Below, one piece after another: positions 1-13,299 of a stretch of DNA of 64,000 bases (position 1 is its first letter; the number at the start of each line of letters is the position of its first letter). Under the pieces are notes generated by a model, which was not told where the DNA came from, did no database searches, and saw only the letters and a list, made by a program, of their open reading frames with translations. Where the stretch lies: NCBI GenBank assembly GCA_964035545.1, contig OZ037766.1, positions 32,664,773-32,728,772 of the forward strand, given 5' to 3'. Origin of the DNA: Bugula neritina (taxonomy: Eukaryota > Animalia > Bryozoa). The position numbers and the translations under genes are program-made.

Positions 1-10
1 CAACACATAC

Positions 11-3000
11 CTTGTTGAAAGCCTGTCTAGCCTGCTTGTCAGCTGTCCGTTGCCTGGGATCCAAACTCTGTAAACTCTCCGAGGAACCGGCGCTATTTCT
101 AACAGCAAGAGCAGCCGACACGTGCTTAGACTCTTTGTTCCCGACTCGGAGCTTCGCTGCTTCCAGGAAGTCTCCTATTTCCTTCTCGTAGACAGCCTTT
201 AGCGCGTCAGTGTAGGTCTGCAATGAATAGATGGCGGTGAGCGAGTGTGTGACAGCTGAGTGAGTGAGTGGCAGGTGAATGTTGTAGGTGAATGTGACAA
301 TTGAATGTGACACTTGTGTGACAGATGAGAATGTGACAACTGAATGCGTGGCATGTGTGAGACAGCTGAGTGGGTGAGTGACACATGAATATGACAGGTG
401 TGTGACAGGTGAGTGACAGGTGAGTGATTGACAGGTGAATATGACAGGTGAGTAATTGATACTTACAGTCTGCAAGCTATGGAATTTAGAAAAGTCCACT
501 TTACGAAGCCAAAGCATGAGTCCGGTATACGGCAGCAGATCTCTGTGCTGGTTGTGGTGATTCTGCATTCTTATCTCCCCAGACCGAAGAGTTCCGTGTA
601 AAGAGTTTATCTGATACAGCAAAAATAAGAGTCAACTCTTGCAAGACATCAACAAATGTTGCAGCTAACATACATTGAAGGTAATGAACAATGAAGTGCG
701 ACATAGCATTAGCGCTGTGTTGGACAGAAGAGCTTACATTGACCAAATTGATTGCAGACTATCGCAAATCTTTCCAAGGAGAAACAGAAATATGAATGAC
801 AGCGGAAAGCAACTACTGCTGACTTTATTAATTGGTTGTCTGCTGATTAGGTAGCTCAGTGGCAGCTAGAAGCACTTTAGAGCTATGAAGCCTGTGAACT
901 GCAGATTAAAAAGCAAATAATGAAAGGCGAAAGCAATTTGTGTCTAATTAAATATTCACATGTTATATACACTATCGTGACTGATGTACATATGAAAGGG
1001 CTATAAGACACCCACCCACAAGTTTACAGATACCACACAGACTAAGGCTACACATTAGAAACCAAACCACACAATAATTTGCTCTTACCTTGCTCTCTGT
1101 GGTCTAGAGGTAAAACAAACAGACATTCAGGTATAGCATGCGCTAGCTTGATGCAAGACTTGTTAACAGTACATAGCGCTATAACATAAGGTGATATCTG
1201 GGGTATAATGATAGGAAGGTGATGGTATATGATGAGGTAACTCTGATAGCACACAAGAGAGGCTGGGGGAGTGCATGTGGAGGTTTGTAATGCCGCACCT
1301 CATGCAGAATTCTAATTCAACTCTGCAAGACGAGCTGTGTTACAACCCAGCATCACAGTGAGGAATACATAATTTGAGTGTAGGTTGATATTACAACATA
1401 TTAGCAGTGAATACATACTGCTACATAGATAAATGACAACTTTCACTGATGGTTTGTATGACGTGTGAGTAGAGCATAACTCCTACTACTTATCAAGTAG
1501 GGAAAGAGAACATAACTCCTGCTTCTTACTATACAAATGAAGATAATGCAACTCCTACTACTTACTATACAAAGAAGAGAACACAACTCTCACTACCTAC
1601 CTTGTGAGTGAAAAGATTATTGAGGTGATGAGTGAGACGTCGTGCAAACTCACTCGACAGTTTCTGCATCTTATTCTTCTGGTCCTTTACTGCCTCCATG
1701 CTGAGCAGAGCTGAAACAGGAGAACACAACTATGATGATGGTAGGTGAGAGACTTAACAATCAGTTAACGGCAAGCAACAGCAATTATTAAGTTCAGCTA
1801 AATCACAGGCCGGCTGTATTAAAATGAAAAGTTGTTCATAAAGTCAACTTTTGTTTCTCATTTTGACAGTCTGTCTAGCTGAAGATAATAACATCTACAA
1901 ACTCCCACACACTGTGGACAGTGAGAAGGTGTAAGTGAAGGGTGTAAGTAGAGGGGTGCAAGTAGAGAGAGTGTGAGAGGGAGGGGACATAAGTAAGGGG
2001 TATAAGTAGAGAGAGTGTGTGGGAGGGAGGGGACATAAGTAAGAGGTGTAAGTGGAAGTGTAGGTAAGTAGGTGTGTGAAATTGTAGAGGGACATAAGTG
2101 ACAAAGTGTAAGAAAGATACATACAGGGTTCTATCTGAGACTCCAGGCACTGCTGTAGAGCCATTGCTGCCTCAGTGCAGGCGTTGATGCCCTGTGCTGA
2201 TGCCAGGTCTATGTTCTTCAGAGCCCTCTGGTGGTCGTGGGGCAGATCCAGACTCTTCTACATGATGCAAACATTACAACACGTGAAACAAGATAAGGTA
2301 GTACTGCACCTATCAGCATGGCATTATGAGTAGGAACTTACCACATTAGAGTAGGGACTTACCACACTAGAGTAAGGAATTACCACACTAGAGTAAGGAC
2401 TTACCACACTAGAGTAAGGACTTACCACACTAGAGTAGGGACTTACCACACTAGAGTAAGGACTTACCACACTAGAGTAAGGACTTACCACACTAGAGTA
2501 GAGACTTACCACACTAGAGTAAGGACTTACCACACTAGAGTAAGGACTTACCACACTAGAGTAAGGACCTACCACACTAGAGTAAGGACTTACCACACTA
2601 GAGTAGAGACTTACCACACTAGAGTAAGGACTTACCACACTAGAGTAAGGACTTACCACACTAGAGTAGAGATTTACCACACTAGAGTAGGAACTTACCA
2701 CACTAGAGTAGGGACTTACCACTAACGTGCTGAGACTATCTATTAGACTGTCGTGGTTTGCCTCATGCACTTTCATCATATTGTCTTTATCTTTCATCCT
2801 CTCCATCTCTGCCTTCACAACCTGCAAGGGTTGTCAAAGGAAATGTTGAAACTGATCAGCAGAATATGAGTGTATAAAAAGATATCAGTACTGTGCGGTA
2901 ACACCTGGTCATAGTCAGTACTGTGTGGTAACACCTGGTCATAGAGTTAGTACTGTGTGGTAATACCTGGTCATAGTCAGTACTGTGTGGTAACACCTGG

Positions 3001-6000
3001 TCATAGAGTTAGTACTGTGTGAGAACACCTGGTGGTAAAGTTAGTACTGTGTGGTAACAACTCACCATGATGACCTGATCGTAAGAGGAGAGCCTCTCTT
3101 CAATCAGCGTCACTTCCTTTACAGCCTCGTCGATGAGTTGCATCAGCTGAAGGACGTGATCCTCAGACGAGACGATGGAGTGGACGTTGGCCTGCGAGAG
3201 AATACGAGCCTGTTTACTGACTGTGTTACTACACCAACATATCACTACTCCTACTATACGTATCACTACTCCTACTATACGTATCACTACTCCTACTATA
3301 CATATCACTACTCCTACTATACGTATCACTACTCCTACTATACGTATCACTACTCCTACTATACGTATCACTACTCCTACTATACGTATCACTGCTCCTA
3401 CTATACGTATCACTACTCCTACTATACGTATCACCACTCCTACTATACGTATCACCACTCCTACTATACGTATCACTACTCCTACTATACGTATCACTAC
3501 TCCTACTATACGTATCACTACTCCTACTATACGTATCACTATCTACTACTATACGTATCACTACTCCTACTATACGTATCACTACTCCTACTATGCATAT
3601 CACTACTCCTACTATACGTATCACTACTCCTACTATACGTATCACTACTCCTACTATCCATATCACTACTCCTACTATACGTATCACTACTCCTACTATG
3701 CATATCACTACTCCTACTACACGTATCACCACGTACCCCATCCAGCATGGAGAGGTCAAGGGTCAGCTTGTCAGCAAACCTGTGAGCATCACTGATTGCT
3801 ATTTCTGAGTCCATGATAAGCTGTGTAAGGTCATTCTCTTCCTTGCTAGATATAATCTACAGCAGAGTTTCATTAGAGAAATGGCAATCTGCGGCAGATA
3901 TTGGTGTAGCAAATTTTGTGAGGGAAATAATGGAGAATTACTGTACATACATGGAAGTAATCGAACAAGCAGCTCACAGATAAAAATGAAATGATGAAAC
4001 CCTTAGCATAATATTTTAATATAATAGCAGATGCAAGGAATTTAAGCACTATATATTTCCTATATAAGCAGGAGTCTCAAGTGAATTCTAGCACAATAAT
4101 ATTTACAGATAAACTAAAATACAAGAGATAATTTGCAATAAAATGATTTTCGATCGATGGAAATGGTCAACAGTGAGTTTGGACAGAGGAGATAACTGAC
4201 GGGTTCAGAATCTCACAGAAAAATATCAACTCTGCATCTTGAGCTGAAATGTGGAAGTGATTCTCCTAGGAATTGATTGATTACAATCGGTGAAAAAAAG
4301 GCTGCTCGCTGTACGGCAGCACTATAAAAAGTCAAACTGCTCATTGTTTGCTGACAGAGGCAGTGCTAACCTGGTAGGCAAGGTCACCGAGGGGGTCATA
4401 CGAGCTGTCCTCGTCTACTGCTTGTCCGTCTGTATCGGCAGAAGGAATCGTCACTACAAGAAAGTATGTATGTATGTACTACAGTACTCTACACTCAGTA
4501 CTATACACTCAGTACTCTACACTCTGTACTCTACACTCAGTACTCTACACTCTATACTATACACTCAGTACTCTACACTCTGTACTCTATACTATACACT
4601 CAGTACTCTACACTCTGTACTCTACACTCTGTACTCTACACTCTGTACTCTACACTCTGTACTCTACACTCAGTACTCTACACTCTATACTATACACTCA
4701 GTACTCTACACTCTGTACTCTATACTATACACTCAGTACTCTACACTCTGTACTCTACACTCTGTACTCTACACTCTGTACTCTACACTCTGTACTCTAT
4801 ACTATACACTCAGTACTCTACACTCTGTACTCTACACTCTGTACTCTACACTCAGTACTCTACACTCTGTACTCTACACTCTGTACTCTACACTCTACAC
4901 TCTGTACTCTATACTATACACTCAGTACTCTACACTCTGTACTCTACACTCTGTACTCTACACTCTGTACTCTATACTATACACTCAGTACTCTACACTC
5001 TGTACTCTACACTCTGTACTCTACACTCTGTACTCTATACTATACACTCAGTACTCTACACTAAGTACTCTACACTCTGTACTCTACACTCTGTACTCTA
5101 CACTCTGTACTCAGCACACTACAACGAAGCAGGTATCTTCACATATAATGAGCAACTAGTAAGTTGAGTGAAATATGAGCATAGAGTTGTCCACTCAATG
5201 AATTCAGAAAGTGGATAACAAATAATTTCATTATTCATACCCAACCCCCCCCCTATCTCTCAATACCCCCCCCCCCATTTCTAGTTACCCTTCAATGATT
5301 TGCTACTTCCTTCCCCCATCTTTCTCCATCCATTAACACAAAATGCTCAGCTAAATTTCTCTTAAAACAAATAAGGAAACCATAATCATTATTGTAAAAA
5401 GTGAAGCCATGGGAAATAAACCATTAGTCTTCCTTAGCATTAGGTCCACCGATACAGTAAATTAGTATTAGTGATTGCATAATTTCAGTAGAAGACCCAC
5501 CATCTGTGATAATCTTTCCGGTATTCTCAAAAACTGGCTGCACCTTCAGATATCTTTTACTCAGCTGTAAAGGAAACATAAGACCGCTATGCATGAGTAT
5601 GTATTGTCACAGCAAGTGACACTTGAGGGTATATTGTCATGGCAAGTGATACTTGAGGGTATATTGTCATGGCAAGTGATACTTGAGGGTATATTGTCAT
5701 GGAAAGGGACACTTGAGGATATATTGTCATGGAAAGGACACCATAGAAAGCATATTATAGTGAGGCAAACAATTTCACGAATTGTTCAACAATATAAAAC
5801 GTTGCACAAGAGCAATGCAGATTTATTCTAATTATAATCAACATGTTTACCATAGTAACTACAAACACAGCTGTCAACTTAGCATCTAATTTATTCAAAT
5901 AGGTAACAGGGTTAAGAACAGGAAATACCTTCCAGAGGACTTGCAGGAACTCGGCTTTCTGGGAAGGCTCGTCTGCTCTCCAGCGATACAGCTTCTCCAG

Positions 6001-7884
6001 CGTCAAATCGAAATCACTGACTTGAGTTCCTTCGCCCTGACCTTCACCTTCTGCAGGAAATTAGAATAACATCTTCAGCAACAGCACTATAACTTATGTG
6101 TGACACACGCCACTGCACCACAGTTATCAGAAACACAAATAAAAAAGAAAAATGAAAACCTTGAGCATATAGAGTGACTGAAGACTAACATTTGTTATCT
6201 AGCAGGGAGTTTGTGGACACCAGACAAACATAGAGTGAATACCTTCAGTGAGATGGCCATCAACAGACTTGAGATCTCCGATCTCCCAGGTTGACTTCTT
6301 CTTAAACCCATCGCCCTTCTCTGTCTTCTTTACTGAGTGCAGTTTACATATGACTGGCTTCTCGCTGGTCACTTTGAACATGCAGAAATATGAGACTGAA
6401 TGCATATGGAGACTAAAAACTAGCAATACTCTGAGTGATTAGTAGTCAAACTGATACTGGAAATAGTAGCACAAAAATGTATAGTCAAAGTAGAACTGAC
6501 AGAGAATAATTTGAAGGGTGAGAGAGCTGAAAGGGAAACCAAAAAGAAAAATTGAGAAATCTGTAAAATCAAACATGGCTAACATCGATAAATATGACAA
6601 AGAGTGACATATTGATCACATCCACACTAGGAAGCGTACGAAACACGCATGCATTTGTAGAAATATACACTATAACATGACTATAACCACAGCAGGCTAT
6701 CAAAAAGCAAAGATCAAAATAAACTAGCATATTAGAAGTGAAAACTGACTCTTCAGAAAGCATGCAAAAAGATGCAAGAGGAATTACAGCCAGATGCCAG
6801 ATGGTTTAAATTAACATAATTGAAAAAATATTATAAATTAACTCAAAGCAAAGAAACATTTCGAATATGCCTACCTGTCACACATAAGAATGCTAATGGC
6901 TTCTTTTTCTTGGAATCTTTTGTTTTAGTCACAGTAATACAGCTGACCAGTCTCTCATGGGTAAACAACTCTTTTTGAATATTTTCTTTAGCTTTTGCCA
7001 AGTCTGTTTGTTCAAATGCATTTGAAATTGTCTTTGAGAGTTTCCTGCTGCCTGGTGTGCCTACATATAATATGTATGATATGTATGATCTTTGTACTAT
7101 ATGATATGATACACATGCATATACATATGCTACACACATAGATAAAACACATATACTTTTAACACATCAGATATATACAAAATAAACAAACACACATAGA
7201 ATATATATAAACACATATGAATTATATGTATATATTACTAAGCTAAAATTCTATTTTATAATTGTAATATAAAATAAAAACTAAAAGTAAATAATAATAA
7301 TATAATTACTCAAAGTATTAGTAATACTAATAGTATTACTGGAATAGTAACTATAATTTTAGAAATAAAGATCAACTTGAACTTGAAGTAGGCCTCTACT
7401 CCTAGCTCTATCACTCAATCAGTATTACTGCCTAGCCCTATGGCTATGGCTATACTAATACAGTAATACTAATACTAATAGTAATACTTACCGTAATTTT
7501 TAGAGCCCAATAGTAATAGACTGATAGTTATATTTAAAAATATACTTGTAATAAAAATAATAATACTAATACCTCTATAAAGACGATAATTGTAATGGTC
7601 TCAAATAAAATTAATTTTAAAAACTAAAAATAAAATAAAATTAAATTTAAATGAAGTTGAACGCCAGTGCCACAGCCCAGCTTCAAGTTCAAGTCACAGA
7701 TTACGGTAGTCAATGCTACTATCATTACTCAGCAGAAGCTTGTGACTAATTGGCTACAAACATGAGGTGATAAAATGCAAATTTGGCAATCTACAGCATG
7801 TTGCTGATCTAAGAAAATAATATTTGTGTATAAAATTTTCTTAGAGTACTTACCGGAAATGTTTTTTAAAACATGAGCAGCCAT
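11..7884 (-). CDS. EXOC1: Exocyst complex component 1 (Sec3), 5' part; continues past the left edge
   Basis: Coding exons, all GT-AG with consistent phases: 7884-7854, 7060-6875, 6371-6243, 6050-5929, 5564-5501, 4453-4371, 3856-3737, 3191-3066, 2821-2720, 2257-2125, 1710-1601, (1103-1089 candidate microexon), 610-467, 217-11. The translation matches EXOC1 collinearly as I recall it: KKKKPLAFLCVTVTSEKPV, DFDLTLEKLYRW, AISDAHRFADKL..DLSMLDGANVHSI, LIDEAVKEV..IEERLSSYD, EFARRLTHHLNNLF, NHHNQHRDLLPY..LM.WL, YEKEIGDF. Confidence 0.95.
240..455. repeat. Degenerate TGACAGGTGAG-type minisatellite in an EXOC1 intron
   Basis: Direct inspection. Confidence 0.8.
2327..2722. repeat. 21-bp minisatellite (CACACTAGAGTAAGGACTTAC), ~18 copies, starting at an EXOC1 splice donor
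   Basis: Direct inspection. Confidence 0.95.
2886..3060. repeat. 30/34-bp minisatellite in an EXOC1 intron
   Basis: agtactgtgtggtaacacctggtcatag(ag)t units. Confidence 0.9.
3240..3735. repeat. 21-bp minisatellite (ATCACTACTCCTACTATACGT) in an EXOC1 intron
   Basis: Direct inspection. Confidence 0.95.
4475..5112. repeat. 16/21-bp minisatellite (TACTCTACACTCTG-based) in an EXOC1 intron
   Basis: Direct inspection. Confidence 0.95.
5598..5740. repeat. 30-bp minisatellite, ~5 copies
   Basis: atattgtcatggcaagtgatacttgagggt units. Confidence 0.9.
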
Positions 7885-8137
7885 GATGTGCTATTACAAT
7901 AACAAATCTCAGAACACTGTTTTTTGACTGTTTTATTTTTGAAAATAGCAAAATATATCAACACTTTTGTTAATAATAATTTTAGAATGTTTTTTCATTC
8001 ATTTATTTGCTTAAAACATTTTATTTAACTTGATATCACAAAATGACAACTTTAGACTGAATACTTCGTCACAATTTAATCGTAACTAAGATGACCTGTT
8101 AAATCTCAGCAGTTGTCTACTAATTGCTAAATGTGAA

Positions 8138-8150
8138 GTAGCTAGGCAAC
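8138..8150. promoter_or_regulatory. RFX X-box-like motif in the ~1 kb divergent promoter between EXOC1 and the + strand gene
   Basis: GTAGCTAGGCAAC (reverse complement GTTGCCTAGCTAC) differs by one base from the GTTGCCTAGCAAC X-box pattern and lies between two divergent start codons (7884 and 8941). Confidence 0.55.
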
Positions 8151-8940
8151 AAAAGAACCCAGTCTTCTCACCTTCACCGAAGTCTTCTCCAATCGAGAAA
8201 AGGTTTCAGTTTCATATAAAGAGCTTTATATCTTGTAAAAATATTATACTGTGAAGCTTCACATATCTATTTTTATTCTTAGTCTGCTTTTAGTTTTATT
8301 ATTCAAAATTTTAATTAATTTACAGACACTGGCGTGAAAACAAATTTAGAATTTAATTATTATTTAATTCAATTTCATGGTCAAACTCTCAGTCTCACTC
8401 ATTACTCATTAGTCATAACTCAAGTCATACTCAAAATGATAGTGATATTCATATTAAAATTAAAAATCATCTTCTGCATTTTTAAATTGCTTTACTTTTG
8501 CAAATTAAAAATTAAAAATCATCTTCTGCATTTTTAAATTGCTTTACTTTTGCTTCTACTTTAGTTATAAAGTTATCAAAAACTCAGTTTAAAAATCGCT
8601 TTTGTTTTAAATTTGCTTTCTTAAAACAATCTCAACTAGCCTAATGGCTAGTTACTAAAGCCATTGCTGAGCCAACAGTTATCTGTAACAAATTTTGCGT
8701 TAGTTTAATATTTTAGTTAATGGCATAAATATTATTTCAGTATTTGTTAAAGTTTCTTGTTCTTTTGTTTTTGTGTACATAATTTGTATATTCAATTTGT
8801 AAGCCTTGAATCATTATAATAAAATGTAATTATTTGAATTTTTTTAGTAAATAAAATGGCAAATATTTTATCTTTTAAATTATAACATTTTTGGCTAATT
8901 TTATGTTACCTAATAATAGATTTATTTACAGATAAGAATC

Positions 8941-11900
8941 ATGAGTATAACACATGTGCATCCAAACCCGGGCTATGGTGAATATGAACACCATTTAAGA
9001 AGAGCTGCTACAAACCCTGAGCTGCTCAATTCCAGTCATTATGCAGAAGGCGGTAATGTTGCATCAACAAGTGAATTATCTCAAATTAAAGACTGGTCAA
9101 AGAGAGTCTGGTCGGCTAGAGATAGGTGTGAAACAACCTATCAGTTTCAGTATCCAGAAAAGAAGCTTGATGAGCACACAACATCAGCTCCTACAGAAAG
9201 GGAGCGAATTCACAAGCCACACCCTCCTACGTATGTATGCATCTTCTTCAAGCTGTTTTATGACAGATGAATAATTGTTATATATAAGCATATTATTTAT
9301 ATTTGTAGGGTTAACAAAGATGCATATATGTAGCTCAATGTCTGTAAGCTTTTTGTTTATTGTAATTAATAAATTTATCTTTTGCTACTCAATTCACACA
9401 TTAGTAATGAATTACACGTAGTGACCATTGTGCTTGTTTTCTTTTATACTTTATAAGCTGCTTGGCAATAACTTCATTCTTATATTTCAAATTGGTGTTC
9501 TAATGTTTGTAGTATAAATAGTAGTCCTGTAGTCTAATAGCCTGTTGAAAAACTTGTATGTTTGCATGTTGTAGGTACTTTTTGACAAACAAACTACATT
9601 ATGTACCTGGGTATCACAATGCAGACGCTAGGCTGGGCAAGTCGCCTTACCAGGTGACCACAACACCACACTTTTTTCATTATCTATTAATATAATTCTA
9701 ATGTAAATAAGATATAGAACACACAGCTCATAATTTATTTTAATTGTTATTGAAATTATATAATAAAATTTGAATCGAGCATAATTTAATGGTCTGCATG
9801 TAGAAGAGGAAAAGGAAGTGAAGATTGTAGTGAATATCCTGTTTTGTTTAGCCTGACGCTGCATGTGGGGAGAGTGAAAGATCTTATAGAGTTGGTTTAA
9901 AGTCGAAATACGACGGAGGAATCTGTGATAAAGCCGTTAGACCTTACGCAGCTCAAAGTGCTGATTATGACATCACAAAATGGAACAGAACTCTACCACC
10001 TAATGATACGTGGATGGCAGCTAGTAGTTCTTCCAATGGTGAGTGTTAGGCATGTGTCTACTGTCTCACACTATCTACTGTCACACTGTATCTACTGTCA
10101 CACTGTGTCTACTGTCACACTGTGTCTACTGTCACACTGTATATACTGTCACACTATCTACTGTCACACTGTGTCTACTGTCACATTGTATCTACTGTCT
10201 CACTGTCTACTGTCACACTGTATCTACTGTCACACTGTATCTACTGTCACACTGTATCTACTGACACTGTGTCTACTGTCACACTGTATCTACTGTCACA
10301 CTATCTACTGTCACACTGTAGCTACTGTCACACTGTGTCTACTAACACACTATCTACTGACACACTGTATCTGCTGTCACACTGTATCTACTGTCACATT
10401 GTATCTATTGTCACACTTATGTTGCTGTGTTGTCACACTGCACTGCTGTTGTCTTGTCACACACACTACTGGTATTGTATGGTCACACTGCACTACTGGT
10501 ATTGTATGGTCACACACACTACTGGTATTGTATGGTCACACACACTACTGGTATTGTATGGTCACACACACTACTGGTATTGTATGGTCACACACACTAC
10601 TGGTATTGTATGGTCACACACACTACTGGTATTGTGTGGTCACACACACTACTGGTATTGTATAGTCACACACACTACTGGTATTGTGTGGTCACACACA
10701 CTACTGGTATTGTATAGTCACACACACTACTGGTATTGTATGGTCACACTGCACGGTTTCTCTCACTTATTAGGTAGACCGCACAGTCATATGCTTCTAA
10801 CATCTCTTGATGATGCAATCCAAGAGTCAGCACACAGACAAGCTGCTGACGTTGCGTCACATCATAGATATTTGAGACTGGCAGGAGCTGATGGTCTGTA
10901 GACTAAAGTCATCAGTTTTAAGTTCCTAGTTGTTTGTTATTGAATACCTTTAAAGAGTATGTACTAATGAAGTTGCTTCAAAGGATGCACAAACTAGAAG
11001 GAATTTGAAATAAACTAATACCCAACTTCAAGATATGGGGGCAGACCAGTTAACCGTATAAAAAGCGATCCTTCATGTTATTAATATAGTCTTGAATTCA
11101 CCATGAGAACTTGGTGTAGCTTGCTGCCAAGTGTTTTCTAACAGCTGAGCTATAATTGTTTTACATAGAGAAGATAATTCTATGAGAAGAGTGTAAAAAT
11201 TTGTAATGCTATGGTTTTCCATTGTGTTGTTGAACCTAGAGAACTTGAAACTATGTTCATGATGTAATATTTTACTCAAAACTGATTACCAGCTCTATTC
11301 TGTGACATTGAATTCTGATTAGCCAAGGTTCATACTCTGTTAATTAAGTGAAACGTTTTTATTCCTTTCACTCTAACATATTGATACTCTGCATGTTGCA
11401 GCTACTTACTGTGTTACTTTATTCCTTTCACTCTAATATATTGATACTCTGCATGCTGCAGCTACTTACTGTGTTACTTTATTCCTTTCACTCTAACATA
11501 TTGATACTTTGCTTGTTGCAGCTACTTACTGTGTTACTTTATTTCTTTCACTCTAATATATTGATACTCTGCTTGTTGCAGCTACTTGCTGTGTTACTTT
11601 ATTCCTTTCACTCTAACATATTGATACTCTGCTTGTTGCAGCTACTTACTGTGTTACTTTATTCCTTTCACTCTAACATATTGATACTCTGTTTGTTGCA
11701 GCTACTTACTGTGTTACTTTATTTCTTTCACTCTAACATATTGATACTCTGCTTGTTGCAGCTACTTACTGTGTTACTTTATTCCTTTCACTCTAACATA
11801 TTGATACTCTGCATGTTGCAGCTACTTACTGTGTTACTTTATTCCTTTCACTCTAACATATTGATACTCTGCATGTTGCAGCTACTTACTGTGTTACTTT

Positions 11901-12647
11901 ATTCCTTTCACTCTAACATATTGATACTCTGCATGCTGCAGCTACTTACTGTGTTACTTTATTCCTTTCACTCTAACATATTGATACTCTGCATGCTGCA
12001 ACTACTTATTGTGTTACTTTATACAGAGGCTGCCAAGATTCACAGAGCCTTAGACGCTGCGCACAGTCTGGATAAAATACCAAACATGATGGTGCCGCAT
12101 CAAACCACTGGGACTGTTGGGTCCAGGAAACAGATAGACAAAGCTAAAGTTCAAGGAAACCCAAACAAACCTCTGTATAGGTGAGAATTCGGCAGGTTGA
12201 TCTGTGTTTATTTCTGGATTTACCTGAAAATCTGTTGGAGAGTCTATTGAAAGCTGAAGTTAGTTTAATTAAGTCACAGAACACCCAAACAGTCATATAA
12301 TTTACTAAAGCAATGTGGCCATTACAAAGCACAGATCGTATATAATTCTTATTACCTATGTTGTCATTTGAAGGTATAAAATACATGTATATTTATCTTG
12401 TCATTTATATAAAAAGTATATTGACTTTATTGTAACATCATGATTAATATTCTGTGGTTGGAAATATATTTGGACATTAATAACTTTCAGGTTTCCGAGA
12501 CCAAGAGGAGATTTTCTTATTCACCCAGTTTGGCCCCCTAGTATTTGGCATCATCGAATTCCAGGGTTCAAGGCAGACCCCCCTGCCAATGGTGTACTCA
12601 GTGCTTATGAAAAGCACCAGCAAAAACGACTGAGTGGGGTCTATTAA
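8941..12647 (+). CDS. Uncharacterised 328-aa protein; weak C4orf51-like similarity; candidate ciliary/sperm protein
   Basis: Exons 8941-9230, 9575-9653, 9852-10038, 10774-10893, 12027-12180 and 12491-12647 splice into a 987-nt ORF ending in TAA; AATAAA at ~12948. The motif RVWSARDRCETTYQFQYPEKKLDEH..RERIHKPHPP resembles the C4orf51 segment TTY..SY..KQLD..R..H.P as I recall it; the family assignment is unverified. Confidence 0.8.
10052..10752. repeat. Two abutting minisatellites (19-bp CTACTGTCACACTGTAT-type, then 28-bp CACACACTACTGGTATTGTATGGTCACA) filling one intron
   Basis: Direct inspection. Confidence 0.95.
11355..12022. repeat. 60-bp minisatellite, ~11 copies, ending at a splice acceptor
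   Basis: Successive 60-nt sequence lines are near-identical. Confidence 0.95.
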
Positions 12648-13299
12648 CATTAACATTTCATTTTGCTTAAAGTATTCTTTAACCAGTTGGAGTTATACTC
12701 CCAATTCAAAGTTTATTGGAATTCCCCACCTAGAACAACTGTTGGCAACATGGAGCTAGTTGACTACTGATTGCTTGAGATGATTCACTGAGTGCCAAAT
12801 TTATGTCAAGATAGTAGTTACTATTTTTAGACTGTTTTATGTATATACAAGTGTTTTCCTTCCACTGTCACATGACCTATTCATTGCCTGTATTTTCTAT
12901 TAGTAACCTATTCTGTTAAATTTGAAGATTTTTTCTTTTATTTTCTAAATAAAATTTTTAGTAACAGGTTTGGCTATTGTTATATTGTTTTTTCTACAGT
13001 TATGTAATAGTTTGACCCCACAACTGGGCTGACAATCTCTATTTGAATATACTTGCTTTTGAAAAATTCCATTAATGAGAATAAGGTACAAGAACCATTC
13101 ATAGCTGAGTGGAAAAGCTAAATCTTGTAAGCAAAATGTAGCAGAGTTTGTTCACATATTCTATGTGGACTACACATCACATAACAGGGATATACTACTG
13201 CATACATACTGTTTATAGCAGGAGTAGTAACATTAATGTACCTATTGATTTCTCTCTTGTCGGACAAGATTGCATGCAGTATATTTGCACACACGGACT

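Noticed and set aside
1048-1300. 68-aa minus-strand ORF as an EXOC1 exon
   Set aside because: No EXOC1 similarity; the neighbouring exons join in frame without it, and only the 15-nt piece has good splice sites.
3009-5167. Long repetitive ORFs (VIRIVGV, YTYHYSY, LYTLYST and similar)
   Set aside because: Translations of intronic minisatellites, open in several frames on both strands; only the embedded EXOC1 exons are real.
11348-12026. 278-aa hydrophobic repeat ORF resembling a membrane protein
   Set aside because: A 60-bp intronic repeat read in frame into a true exon; the gene splices cleanly without it.
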